Shown piece by piece: positions 56,477 to 64,000 of a DNA stretch of 64,000 bases. Made by a program: the position numbers and the translations under genes. The first letter of the stretch is position 1. Every line of letters begins with the position of its first letter. The stretch lies in IMG/VR virus record IMGVR_UViG_3300036715_003363; one strand, 5' to 3'. The DNA comes from a virus. The notes under the pieces are model-generated. The model was not told where the DNA came from and did no database searches. It saw only the letters and a list, made by a program, of their open reading frames with translations.

Positions 56477-57807
56477 TGTCTACTAGTAAGTTAGATCTCG
56501 ATTACTACGAGAATATTATACTCTTCAATGCTCTTATTAGTCAGGAGTATCTTGCAACTATTATTGAGTATATAGATTATAACTACTTTGTTGATAAGAA
56601 TATTTCAACAGTTTTCAGAGTAGCCGCTGAGTTTTTCAGTGAGCGTGGTGCAGTTCCAAACTATACAGAAATTAAATCTCGGCTTATTACTGCTGAAGAC
56701 AAAAAGGCATTTAATGAAGTTGCTGCAAAACTTAAAAATATTGATAACAACTTTAATAGAGAAGAGCTTATTGCAAACACAGAACACTTTTTAAAGGAAA
56801 GATGTCTATATAAGACAATTGTTGAAACATCGGAGCAATTTTCAAAAGGTAAAGCTGATACGGAAGAAATTCTTAAGAATTTTGAAAAAGCATATAACAT
56901 TAATTTAACAGAAGATTTAGGTCATTGGTATTTTGAAGAGATTGATGAACATATTCGCGGACTTACAGTGTCATGCAATCCAATGGCAACAGGATGGAAA
57001 TTTCTTGATGACAGAATTGAGGGCGGACTGTTTCCGAAGTCTTTATACTGCTTAGTTGGTCAAGTTAACGTCGGCAAAAGTATTTTTCTTGGAAATATTG
57101 CAACAAACTTCGCACTGAAAAATAAAAATGTGCTGCTTATTTCACTAGAAATGTCAGAGCACATGTATGCAAAGAGAATTAGCTCACAGATATCACAAAT
57201 TCCGCATGGAGATTTAAAAGTATTTTCTGTAGAGCTTAAAGAACAGGTTGAGCATATTAAAAAACAACTTGACAGTAAACTCATTATTAAAGAATATCCT
57301 CCGAAGACTATTACAGTTAGACAGATAGATGGATTTATATCGAAATTGCAACATCAAGGATTTAAGCCGGATGTTGTCGTAATTGATTATGTAAATCTTA
57401 TTAAACCGACAACAAAGAATGTAAATTCTTATGAATCAGTTAAAGAAGTTTGTGAGCAGCTCAGAGCACTAACTTTCAAATATGGAATACCGTTTGTAAC
57501 CGCGAGTCAGCTGAATAGATGTTTGAGTTTAGATGCAAAAGTAGTAACTAAGAGCGGCTCAATTGAAATTAAAGATCTTAAAGTCGGTGATACAATTAGA
57601 GGAAAAGATGAATGGGTAGAGGTGAGACATATTTACCCTGTTGAGAAATCTAAAACATATACAATTACAACTGAATCAGGTAAGAAGGTGCGAGTGTCAA
57701 GTGCACATTTATTTCCTACATCAAATGGATTTAAGTCGATAGATAGCGGTCTTTCTAACGGTGACTCACTATACTCATTAAATGATCCGCCAGGAGAACA
57801 AATATAA
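56476..57807 (+). CDS. Replicative helicase (T4 gp41-like), N-terminal fragment with IntN
   Basis: GQVNVGKS, SLEMSE, IDYVNL, TASQLNR|CLSLDAKV. Confidence 0.92.
   Translation: MSTSKLDLDYYENIILFNALISQEYLATIIEYIDYNYFVDKNISTVFRVAAEFFSERGAVPNYTEIKSRLITAEDKKAFNEVAAKLKNIDNNFNREELIANTEHFLKERCLYKTIVETSEQFSKGKADTEEILKNFEKAYNINLTEDLGHWYFEEIDEHIRGLTVSCNPMATGWKFLDDRIEGGLFPKSLYCLVGQVNVGKSIFLGNIATNFALKNKNVLLISLEMSEHMYAKRISSQISQIPHGDLKVFSVELKEQVEHIKKQLDSKLIIKEYPPKTITVRQIDGFISKLQHQGFKPDVVVIDYVNLIKPTTKNVNSYESVKEVCEQLRALTFKYGIPFVTASQLNRCLSLDAKVVTKSGSIEIKDLKVGDTIRGKDEWVEVRHIYPVEKSKTYTITTESGKKVRVSSAHLFPTSNGFKSIDSGLSNGDSLYSLNDPPGEQI
57520..57807 (+). mobile_element. Split intein N-part (95 aa), gp41-1-like
   Basis: CLSLDAKV.T..G..EIKDL.VGD; SSAH.FPT. 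Confidence 0.88.
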
Positions 57808-57906
57808 AAGATTACTAAATCCATATTTGAAAGAAAAGGTTTAAACTTAATGATAGTGCGGGAAAAGACTGTAGAAAATCACCAGAAATTATTATACAAT
57901 TAGCGT

Positions 57907-58026
57907 ATGAATTTATATCTAGATAAAATAGTAAGCATAGAAGAGAGTGAGGAATACGAAGAGGTGTTGGATATATCAGTTTCTCATGATAATTTGTTTA
58001 TTGCAAATGATATTCTTACTCATAAC
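57907..58026 (+). mobile_element. Split intein C-part (40 aa), gp41-1-like
   Basis: KIVSIEE...VLDISVS..NLFIANDILTHN. Confidence 0.9.
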
Positions 58027-58329
58027 TGCTCATTTAATACTGCAAGTCCTGGAATGGAAGGCATTTCAGAATCAATTGGACTTGCCGCAACTTGTGATGT
58101 AATTTGCTCTCTGTGGCAAGATGATGAAGATAAAGAACTCGGAGTCATCCGAATGGGTCTAATCAAGAACAGATTTGGACCAAATTATGGCAATTGCGCT
58201 TATAAGATCAAATATGAGACTCTAACACTTACGGAAACTAATCCAGACTATTTTACTGCCGATAATCCTGAAAAAACCGTATCCGACGCTGAAGATGCAT
58301 TATCGAAATTAGAAGAGAAGCTAGCTTAA
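57907..58329 (+). CDS. Replicative helicase C-terminal fragment with IntC
   Basis: ...DILTHN|CSF; ISES.GL.ATCD, KNRFG. Confidence 0.92.
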   Translation: MNLYLDKIVSIEESEEYEEVLDISVSHDNLFIANDILTHNCSFNTASPGMEGISESIGLAATCDVICSLWQDDEDKELGVIRMGLIKNRFGPNYGNCAYKIKYETLTLTETNPDYFTADNPEKTVSDAEDALSKLEEKLA

Positions 58330-58483
58330 ATAATAACGAAATGATTAGTATTGTTACTAGTGAAGATAAAGATTGTGCGGAGTGCGTGGGAATATGGCCT
58401 GAAGCTGACATATTCCCTATAAACAGAAACATTATAAACAGACTTAAGTAGTAATACTGTGCACCCTTTTAAGTATATAATCG

Positions 58484-58948
58484 ATGAGCTTTAATAAACA
58501 AAAATGGCTTAAAACTGTTAAGCACACAATTCACTCAGATGGAAGTATTTCTGTACAAGGAGATGTTAATCTATATGATAAAAAACTGACAGAGTTACCC
58601 TTTAAGTTTCGTAAAGTAACTGGAAACTTTGACTGTTCTCGCAACCAATTAACATCTCTAAATGATTGTCCGGCTTCAGTTGATAGAAACTTTTACTGTT
58701 CTCACAACCAATTAACATCTCTAAATGGCGGTCCGTCTTCAGTTGGTGGAAACTTCTACTGTATTCACAACAAATTAACATCTCTAAATGGTTGTCCATC
58801 TTCAGTTGGTGGAAGTTTTAACTGTTATTACAACCTAAAAGATTTTACTAAACTGGATATTGAAAACGCAATGAGAGCTAGTAGAACTAAAAATAGTTTG
58901 AGCTCTCAAGCCTTGGAGACTTTCAGTGATATAATCGATGAACTATGA
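58484..58948 (+). CDS. LRR array gene 1 (3 full modules)
   Basis: N-cap, xxxFxCxxNxLTSLNGCPSSV repeats, DIIDEL tail. Confidence 0.9.
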   Translation: MSFNKQKWLKTVKHTIHSDGSISVQGDVNLYDKKLTELPFKFRKVTGNFDCSRNQLTSLNDCPASVDRNFYCSHNQLTSLNGGPSSVGGNFYCIHNKLTSLNGCPSSVGGSFNCYYNLKDFTKLDIENAMRASRTKNSLSSQALETFSDIIDEL

Positions 58949-58958
58949 GCTATAAATT

Positions 58959-59675
58959 ATGAACTTTAATGCACAACAATGGCTTAAAACTGTTAAGCAC
59001 ACAATTCACACAGATGGAAGTATCTCCGTACAAGGAGATGTTAATCTATATGATAAAAAACTGACAGAGTTACCCTTTAAGTTTCGTAAAGTATCTGGAG
59101 ACTTTAACTGTTATAACAACAAATTAACATCTCTAAATGGTTGTCCTTCTTCAGTTGGCAGAGACTTTAACTGTGGTGACAACCAATTAACATCTCTAAG
59201 TGGTTGTCCGTCTTCAGTTGATGGAGACTTTAACTGTACTCACAACAGATTAACATCTCTAAATGGTTGTCCTTCTTCAGTTGATGGAAACTTTAACTGT
59301 ACTCTCAACCAATTAACATCTTTAAACGGTGGTCCGTCTTCAGTTAGTGGATACTTTTACTGTGATAACAACAAATTAACATCTCTAAATGGTTGTCCGT
59401 CTTCAGTTAGTGGAGGCTTTGACTGCTCTTACAACAGATTAACATCTCTAAGTGGTTGTCCGTCTTCAGTTGGTGGAGACTTTTACTGTTCTCACAACCA
59501 ATTAACATCTCTAAATGGCGGTCCGTCTTCAGTTGGTGGAAGTTTTAACTGTTATTACAACCTAAAAGATTTTACTAAACTGGATGTTGAAAACGCAATG
59601 AGAGTTAGTAGAATTAAAAGTAGTTTGAGCTCTCAAACCTTGGATACTTTCAGTGATATAATCGATGAACTATGA
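58959..59675 (+). CDS. LRR array gene 2 (7 modules)
   Basis: Same architecture, 238 aa. Confidence 0.9.
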   Translation: MNFNAQQWLKTVKHTIHTDGSISVQGDVNLYDKKLTELPFKFRKVSGDFNCYNNKLTSLNGCPSSVGRDFNCGDNQLTSLSGCPSSVDGDFNCTHNRLTSLNGCPSSVDGNFNCTLNQLTSLNGGPSSVSGYFYCDNNKLTSLNGCPSSVSGGFDCSYNRLTSLSGCPSSVGGDFYCSHNQLTSLNGGPSSVGGSFNCYYNLKDFTKLDVENAMRVSRIKSSLSSQTLDTFSDIIDEL

Positions 59676-60325
59676 ACTTTAATGCACAACAATGGCTTAA
59701 AACTGTTAATCACACAGTTCACTCAGATGGAAGTATCTCTGTACAAGGAGATGTTGATCTACGTAATAAAAACCTGACAGAGATACCCTTTAAGTTTCGT
59801 AAAGTATCTGGAAGATTTGACTGTTCTCACAACCAATTAACATCTCTAAATGGTTGTCCGTCTTCAGTTGATGGAAACTTTGACTGTTATTTCAACCAAT
59901 TAACATCTCTAAATGGCTGTCCAGCTTCAGTTGATGGAAACTTTAACTGTTATAACAACAAATTAACATCTCTAAATGGTTGTCCATCTTCAGTTGGTGG
60001 GGACTTTAGCTGTTCTAACAACCAATTAACATCTCTAAATGGTTGTCCGTCTTCAGTTAGTGGAGGATTTTACTGTTCTAACAACCAATTAACATCTTTA
60101 AACGGTGGTCCTTCTTCAGTTGGCAGAGACTTTCACTGTTCTAACAACAAATTAACATCTCTAAATGGTTGTCCGTCTTCAGTTGGTGGAAGTTTTAACT
60201 GTTATTACAACCTAAAAGATTTTACTGAACTGGATATTGAAAACGCAATGAGAGCTAGTAAAATTGAAAGTAGTTTGAGTTCTCAAACCTTAGATACTTT
60301 CAGTGATATAATCGATGAACTTTAA
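59672..60325 (+). CDS. LRR array gene 3 (6 modules)
   Basis: Same architecture, 217 aa. Confidence 0.9.
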   Translation: MNFNAQQWLKTVNHTVHSDGSISVQGDVDLRNKNLTEIPFKFRKVSGRFDCSHNQLTSLNGCPSSVDGNFDCYFNQLTSLNGCPASVDGNFNCYNNKLTSLNGCPSSVGGDFSCSNNQLTSLNGCPSSVSGGFYCSNNQLTSLNGGPSSVGRDFHCSNNKLTSLNGCPSSVGGSFNCYYNLKDFTELDIENAMRASKIESSLSSQTLDTFSDIIDEL

Positions 60326-61094
60326 TAAACAACAATGGCTTAAAACTGTTAAGCACACAGTTCACTCAGATGGAAGTATCTCTGTACAAGGAGATGTTGA
60401 TCTATATGATAAAAAACTGACAAAGATACCCTTTAAGTTTCGTAAAGTAACTGGAGACTTTAACTGTGCTCACAACAATTTAACATCTCTAAATGGTTGT
60501 CCGTCTTCAGTTAGTGGAGGCTTTGACTGCTCTTACAATAAATTAAAGTCTCTAAATGGCTGTCCATCTTCAGTTGATGGAAGATTTGACTGTTATGGCA
60601 ACCAATTAACATCTCTAAATGGTTGTCCGGCTTCAGTTAGTGGAGACTTTCACTGTGGTAACAACCAATTAACATCTCTAAGTGGTTGTCCGTCTTCAGT
60701 TAGGGGAGACTTTTACTGTCACAACAACCAATTAACATCTCTAAATGGTTGTCCGTCTTCAGTTAGTGGAGGCTTTTACTGTTTTAACAACAAATTAACA
60801 TCTCTAAATGGTTGTCCGTCTTCAATTGGTAAAGACTTCTACTGTAATAACAACAAATTAACATCTCTAAATGGTTGTCCGTCTTCAATTGGTAAAGACT
60901 TCTACTGTAATAACAACAAATTAACATCTCTAAATGGTTGTCCGGCTTCAGTTGGTGGAAGTTTTAACTGTTATTACAACCTAAAAGTTTTTACAAAACT
61001 GGATATTGAAAACGCAATGAGAGCTAGTAGAATTAAAAGGAATTTGAGCTCTCAAGCCTTGGATACTTTCAGTGATATAATCGATGAACTATAA
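60315..61094 (+). CDS. LRR array gene 4 (8 modules)
   Basis: Same architecture, 259 aa. Confidence 0.9.
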   Translation: MNFNKQQWLKTVKHTVHSDGSISVQGDVDLYDKKLTKIPFKFRKVTGDFNCAHNNLTSLNGCPSSVSGGFDCSYNKLKSLNGCPSSVDGRFDCYGNQLTSLNGCPASVSGDFHCGNNQLTSLSGCPSSVRGDFYCHNNQLTSLNGCPSSVSGGFYCFNNKLTSLNGCPSSIGKDFYCNNNKLTSLNGCPSSIGKDFYCNNNKLTSLNGCPASVGGSFNCYYNLKVFTKLDIENAMRASRIKRNLSSQALDTFSDIIDEL

Positions 61095-61097
61095 ATT

Positions 61098-61625
61098 ATG
61101 AGCTTTAATAAACACCAATGGCTTAAAACTGTTAAGCACACAATTCACTCAGACGGAAGTATCTCCGTACAAGGAGATGTTAATCTATGTAATAAAAAAC
61201 TGACAAAGATACCCTTTAAGTTTCGTAAAGTAACTGGAAACTTTGACTGTTCTCGCAACCAATTAACATCTCTAAATGGTTGTCCAGCTTCAGTTGATAG
61301 AAACTTTTACTGTAATAACAACCAATTAACATCTCTAAATGGTTGTCCGTCTTCAGTTGGCGGAAACTTTTACTGTCACTGCAACAAATTAACATCTCTA
61401 AATGGTTGTCCGGCTTCAGTTAGTGGAGACTTTCACTGTGGTAACAACCAATTAACATCTCTAAATGGTTGTCCGTCTTCAGTTAGTGGAGGCTTTTACT
61501 GTTCTGACAACCTAAAAGATTTTACTGAACTGGATATTGAAAACGCAATGAGAGCTAGTAGACTAAAAAGTAGGTTGAGCTCTCAAACCTTGGATACTTT
61601 CAGTGATATAATCGATGAACTTTAA
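61098..61625 (+). CDS. LRR array gene 5 (4 modules)
   Basis: Same architecture, 175 aa. Confidence 0.9.
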   Translation: MSFNKHQWLKTVKHTIHSDGSISVQGDVNLCNKKLTKIPFKFRKVTGNFDCSRNQLTSLNGCPASVDRNFYCNNNQLTSLNGCPSSVGGNFYCHCNKLTSLNGCPASVSGDFHCGNNQLTSLNGCPSSVSGGFYCSDNLKDFTELDIENAMRASRLKSRLSSQTLDTFSDIIDEL

Positions 61626-62394
61626 TAAACAACAATGGCTTAAAACTGTTAAGCACACAGTTCACTCAGATGGAAGTATCTCCGTACAAGGAGATGTTAA
61701 TCTATATGATAAAAACCTGACAGAGATACCCTTTAAGTTTCGTAAAGTATCTGGAGACTTTAACTGTGCTCACAACAATTTAACATCTCTAAATGGTTGT
61801 CCGTCTTCAGTTAGTGGAAACTTTTACTGTTCTGACAACCAATTAACATCTCTAAATGGTTGTCCGTCTTCAGTTGATGGAAGATTTGACTGTTATGGCA
61901 ACCAATTAACATCTCTAAATGGTTGTCCGGCTTCAGTTAGTGGAGACTTTCACTGTGGTAACAACCAATTAACATCTCTAAGTGGTTGTCCGTCTTCAGT
62001 TAGTGGAGGCTTTTACTGTCACAACAACCAATTAACATCTCTAAATGGTTGTCCGTCTTCAGTTAGTGGAGGCTTTTACTGTAATAGCAATAAATTAACA
62101 TCTCTAAATGGTTGTCCGTCTTCAGTTGGTGAAGACTTTTACTGTAATAATAATAAATTAACATCTTTAAGTGGCTGTCCTTCTTCAGTTGATGGAGACT
62201 TTAACTGTAATAACAATAAATTAACATCTCTAAACGGTTGTCCGTCTTCAGTTGGCAGAGACTTTGACTGTTATGGCAACCTAAAAGTTTTTACAAAACT
62301 GGATGTTGAAAACGCAATGAGAGCTAATAGAATAAAAAGGAATTTGAGCTCTCAAGCCTTGGATACTTTCAGTGATATAATCGATGAACTATAA
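61615..62394 (+). CDS. LRR array gene 6 (8 modules)
   Basis: Same architecture, 259 aa. Confidence 0.9.
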   Translation: MNFNKQQWLKTVKHTVHSDGSISVQGDVNLYDKNLTEIPFKFRKVSGDFNCAHNNLTSLNGCPSSVSGNFYCSDNQLTSLNGCPSSVDGRFDCYGNQLTSLNGCPASVSGDFHCGNNQLTSLSGCPSSVSGGFYCHNNQLTSLNGCPSSVSGGFYCNSNKLTSLNGCPSSVGEDFYCNNNKLTSLSGCPSSVDGDFNCNNNKLTSLNGCPSSVGRDFDCYGNLKVFTKLDVENAMRANRIKRNLSSQALDTFSDIIDEL

Positions 62395-62397
62395 ATT

Positions 62398-63051
62398 ATG
62401 AGCTTTAATAAACAACAATGGCTTAAAACTGTTAAGCATACAGTTCACTCAGACGGAAGTATCTCCGTACAAGGAGATGTTAATCTATATGATAAAAAAC
62501 TGACAGAGATACCCTTTAAGTTTCGTAAAGTAACTGGAAACTTTGACTGTTCTCGCAACCAATTAACATCTCTAAGTGGTTGTCCGTCTTCAGTTAGTGG
62601 AAACTTTTACTGTTCTGACAACCAATTAACATCTCTAAATGGTTGTCCATCTTCAGTTGGTGGAAACTTTCACTGTCACTGCAACAAATTAACATCTCTA
62701 AATGGTTGTCCGGCTTCAGTTAGTGGAGACTTTAGCTGCTCTCACAACAGATTAACATCTCTAAATGGTTGTCCGGCTTCAGTTGGCAGAGACTTTCACT
62801 GTTATAACAACCAATTAACATCTCTAAACGGTTGTCCGGCTTCAGTTAGTGGAGGCTTTGACTGCTCTCACAACAAATTAACATCTCTAAATGGTTGTCC
62901 GTCTTCAGTTGGCAGAGACTTTGACTGTTATGGCAACCTAAAAGTTTTTACAAAACTGGATATTGAAAACGCAATGAGAGCTAGTAGAATTAAAAGTAGT
63001 TTGAGCTCTCAAACCTTGGATACTTTCAGTGATATAATCGATGAACTATAA
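62398..63051 (+). CDS. LRR array gene 7 (6 modules)
   Basis: Same architecture, 217 aa. Confidence 0.9.
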   Translation: MSFNKQQWLKTVKHTVHSDGSISVQGDVNLYDKKLTEIPFKFRKVTGNFDCSRNQLTSLSGCPSSVSGNFYCSDNQLTSLNGCPSSVGGNFHCHCNKLTSLNGCPASVSGDFSCSHNRLTSLNGCPASVGRDFHCYNNQLTSLNGCPASVSGGFDCSHNKLTSLNGCPSSVGRDFDCYGNLKVFTKLDIENAMRASRIKSSLSSQTLDTFSDIIDEL

Positions 63052-63054
63052 ATT

Positions 63055-63645
63055 ATGAGCTTTAATAAACAACAATGGCTTAAAACTGTTAAGCACACAA
63101 TTCACTCAGACGGAAGTATCTCTGTACAAGGAGATGTTGATATATGTGATAAAAACCTGACAAAGATACCCTTTAAGTTTCGTAAAGTAACTGGAGACTT
63201 TAACTGTATTCTCAACAAATTAACATCTCTAAATGGTTGTCCTTCTTCAGTTGGTGGAAATTTTTACTGTTTTAACAACCAATTAACATCTCTAAATGGT
63301 TGTCCGTCTTCAGTTGGTGGAAACTTTAGCTGCTCTCACAACAGATTAGCATCTCTAAATGGCTGTCCGTCTTCAGTTAGGGGAAACTTTAACTGTTATC
63401 ACAACCAATTAACATCTCTAAATGGTTGTCCGTCTTCAGTTGGTGAAGACTTTTACTGTAATAACAACCAATTAACATCTCTAAATGATTGTCCGGCTTC
63501 AGTTGGTGGAGACTTTCGCTGTTATGGCAACCTAAAAGATTTTACTGAACTAGATATTGAAAACGCAATGAGAGCTAGTAGACTAAAAAGTAGGTTGAGC
63601 TCTCAGACCTTGGATACTTTCAGTGATATAATCGATGAACTATAA
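63055..63645 (+). CDS. LRR array gene 8 (5 modules)
   Basis: Same architecture, 196 aa. Confidence 0.9.
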   Translation: MSFNKQQWLKTVKHTIHSDGSISVQGDVDICDKNLTKIPFKFRKVTGDFNCILNKLTSLNGCPSSVGGNFYCFNNQLTSLNGCPSSVGGNFSCSHNRLASLNGCPSSVRGNFNCYHNQLTSLNGCPSSVGEDFYCNNNQLTSLNDCPASVGGDFRCYGNLKDFTELDIENAMRASRLKSRLSSQTLDTFSDIIDEL

Positions 63646-63648
63646 ATT

Positions 63649-64000
63649 ATGAACTTTAATAAACAACAATGGCTTAAAACTGTTAAGCATACAGTTCACT
63701 CAGATGGAAGTATTTCTGTACAAGGAGATGTTAATCTATATGATAAAAAACTGACAAAGATACCCTTTAAGTTTCGTAAAGTAACTGGAAACTTTGACTG
63801 TGCTCACAACAATTTAACATCTCTAAATGGTTGTCCGTCTTCAGTTGATGGAAACTTTGACTGTTATTTCAACCAATTAACATCTCTAAATGGTTGTCCA
63901 GCTTCAGTTGATGGAAACTTTGACTGTTATAACAACAAATTAACATCTCTAAATGGCTGTCCGTCTTCAGTTGGCAGAGACTTTCACTGTTCTACCAACC
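63649..64000 (+). CDS. LRR array gene 9, runs off window end (at least 3 modules)
   Basis: Hand translation MNFNKQQWLKTVKH...TGNFDCAHNNLTSL...GRDFHCSTN; no stop before 64000. Confidence 0.9.
   Translation, partial: MNFNKQQWLKTVKHTVHSDGSISVQGDVNLYDKKLTKIPFKFRKVTGNFDCAHNNLTSLNGCPSSVDGNFDCYFNQLTSLNGCPASVDGNFDCYNNKLTSLNGCPSSVGRDFHCSTN

Larger units (their letters stand above)
58484..64000 (+). repeat. Tandem array of at least 9 LRR genes built from 63-bp modules
   Basis: Protein lengths 154-259 differ by exact multiples of 21 aa; scaffold TTAACATCTCTAAATGGTTGTCCGTCTTCAGTT recurs about 50 times. Confidence 0.97.

Noticed and set aside
2237-56486. Many 60-107 aa antisense or alternate-frame ORFs in the track (e.g. 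2237-2545, 3718-3984, 3938-4255, 4506-4811, 9208-9465, 47554-47877, 52684-52950, 55321-55611)
   Set aside because: Fully overlap well-supported genes and lack motifs or promoters.
58341-58451. 36-aa ORF after TTAAATA upstream of the LRR array
   Set aside because: Too short and featureless to support; may be a gene remnant.
58602-58799. Antisense repeat ORF MDNHLEMLICC...
   Set aside because: Reverse-frame echo of the 63-bp repeat; not maintained in other copies.
58610-64000. CRISPR-like periodicity (about 35-bp constant plus 28-bp variable)
   Set aside because: Units are in-frame coding, the variable parts are homologous to each other, and no cas genes are seen.
58484-64000. Classical DGR call
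   Set aside because: No reverse transcriptase, Avd or template repeat in the window and scaffold adenines are invariant; kept only as a hypothesis.
1-64000. tRNA or rRNA genes
   Set aside because: No T-loop GTTCRA cloverleaf or rRNA-like tract recognised.

Overview
A 64-kb segment of a large, AT-rich T4-like (myovirus-type) bacteriophage genome, probably infecting Verrucomicrobia (inferred from a host-like Verru_Chthon-type pseudopilin pair). 1-7 kb: early/accessory region with a five-copy paralog array, small membrane peptides, pilin-like genes, Cys-rich/Lys-rich proteins and a HiPIP-like protein. 7-28 kb: metallopeptidase-VWA-MoxR module, primase, PD-(D/E)XK nuclease, AAA ATPase, QueE, a cytidylyltransferase-like protein, a KxDG ligase-like gene split by an intein plus HNH gene, and many small late genes with shared N-terminal leaders. 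28-58 kb: T4-like replication/recombination core (uvsY, uvsW, gp55, gp47, gp46, polB, uvsX, gp41) interrupted by a 14-gene glycosylation island and a dpdA-dpdN-queF 7-deazaguanine DNA-modification cluster; five inteins (three split), and a polB gene broken without an intein. 58.5-64 kb: tandem array of at least nine genes built from shuffled 21-aa (63-bp) leucine-rich-repeat modules with hypervariable surface positions, all ending in a C-terminal tag (LSxxAxxTFxDIIDEL) shared with four unrelated proteins elsewhere in the window. No tRNA, rRNA, CRISPR array or reverse transcriptase was recognised. Family names are from motif recognition and recall, not database searches.
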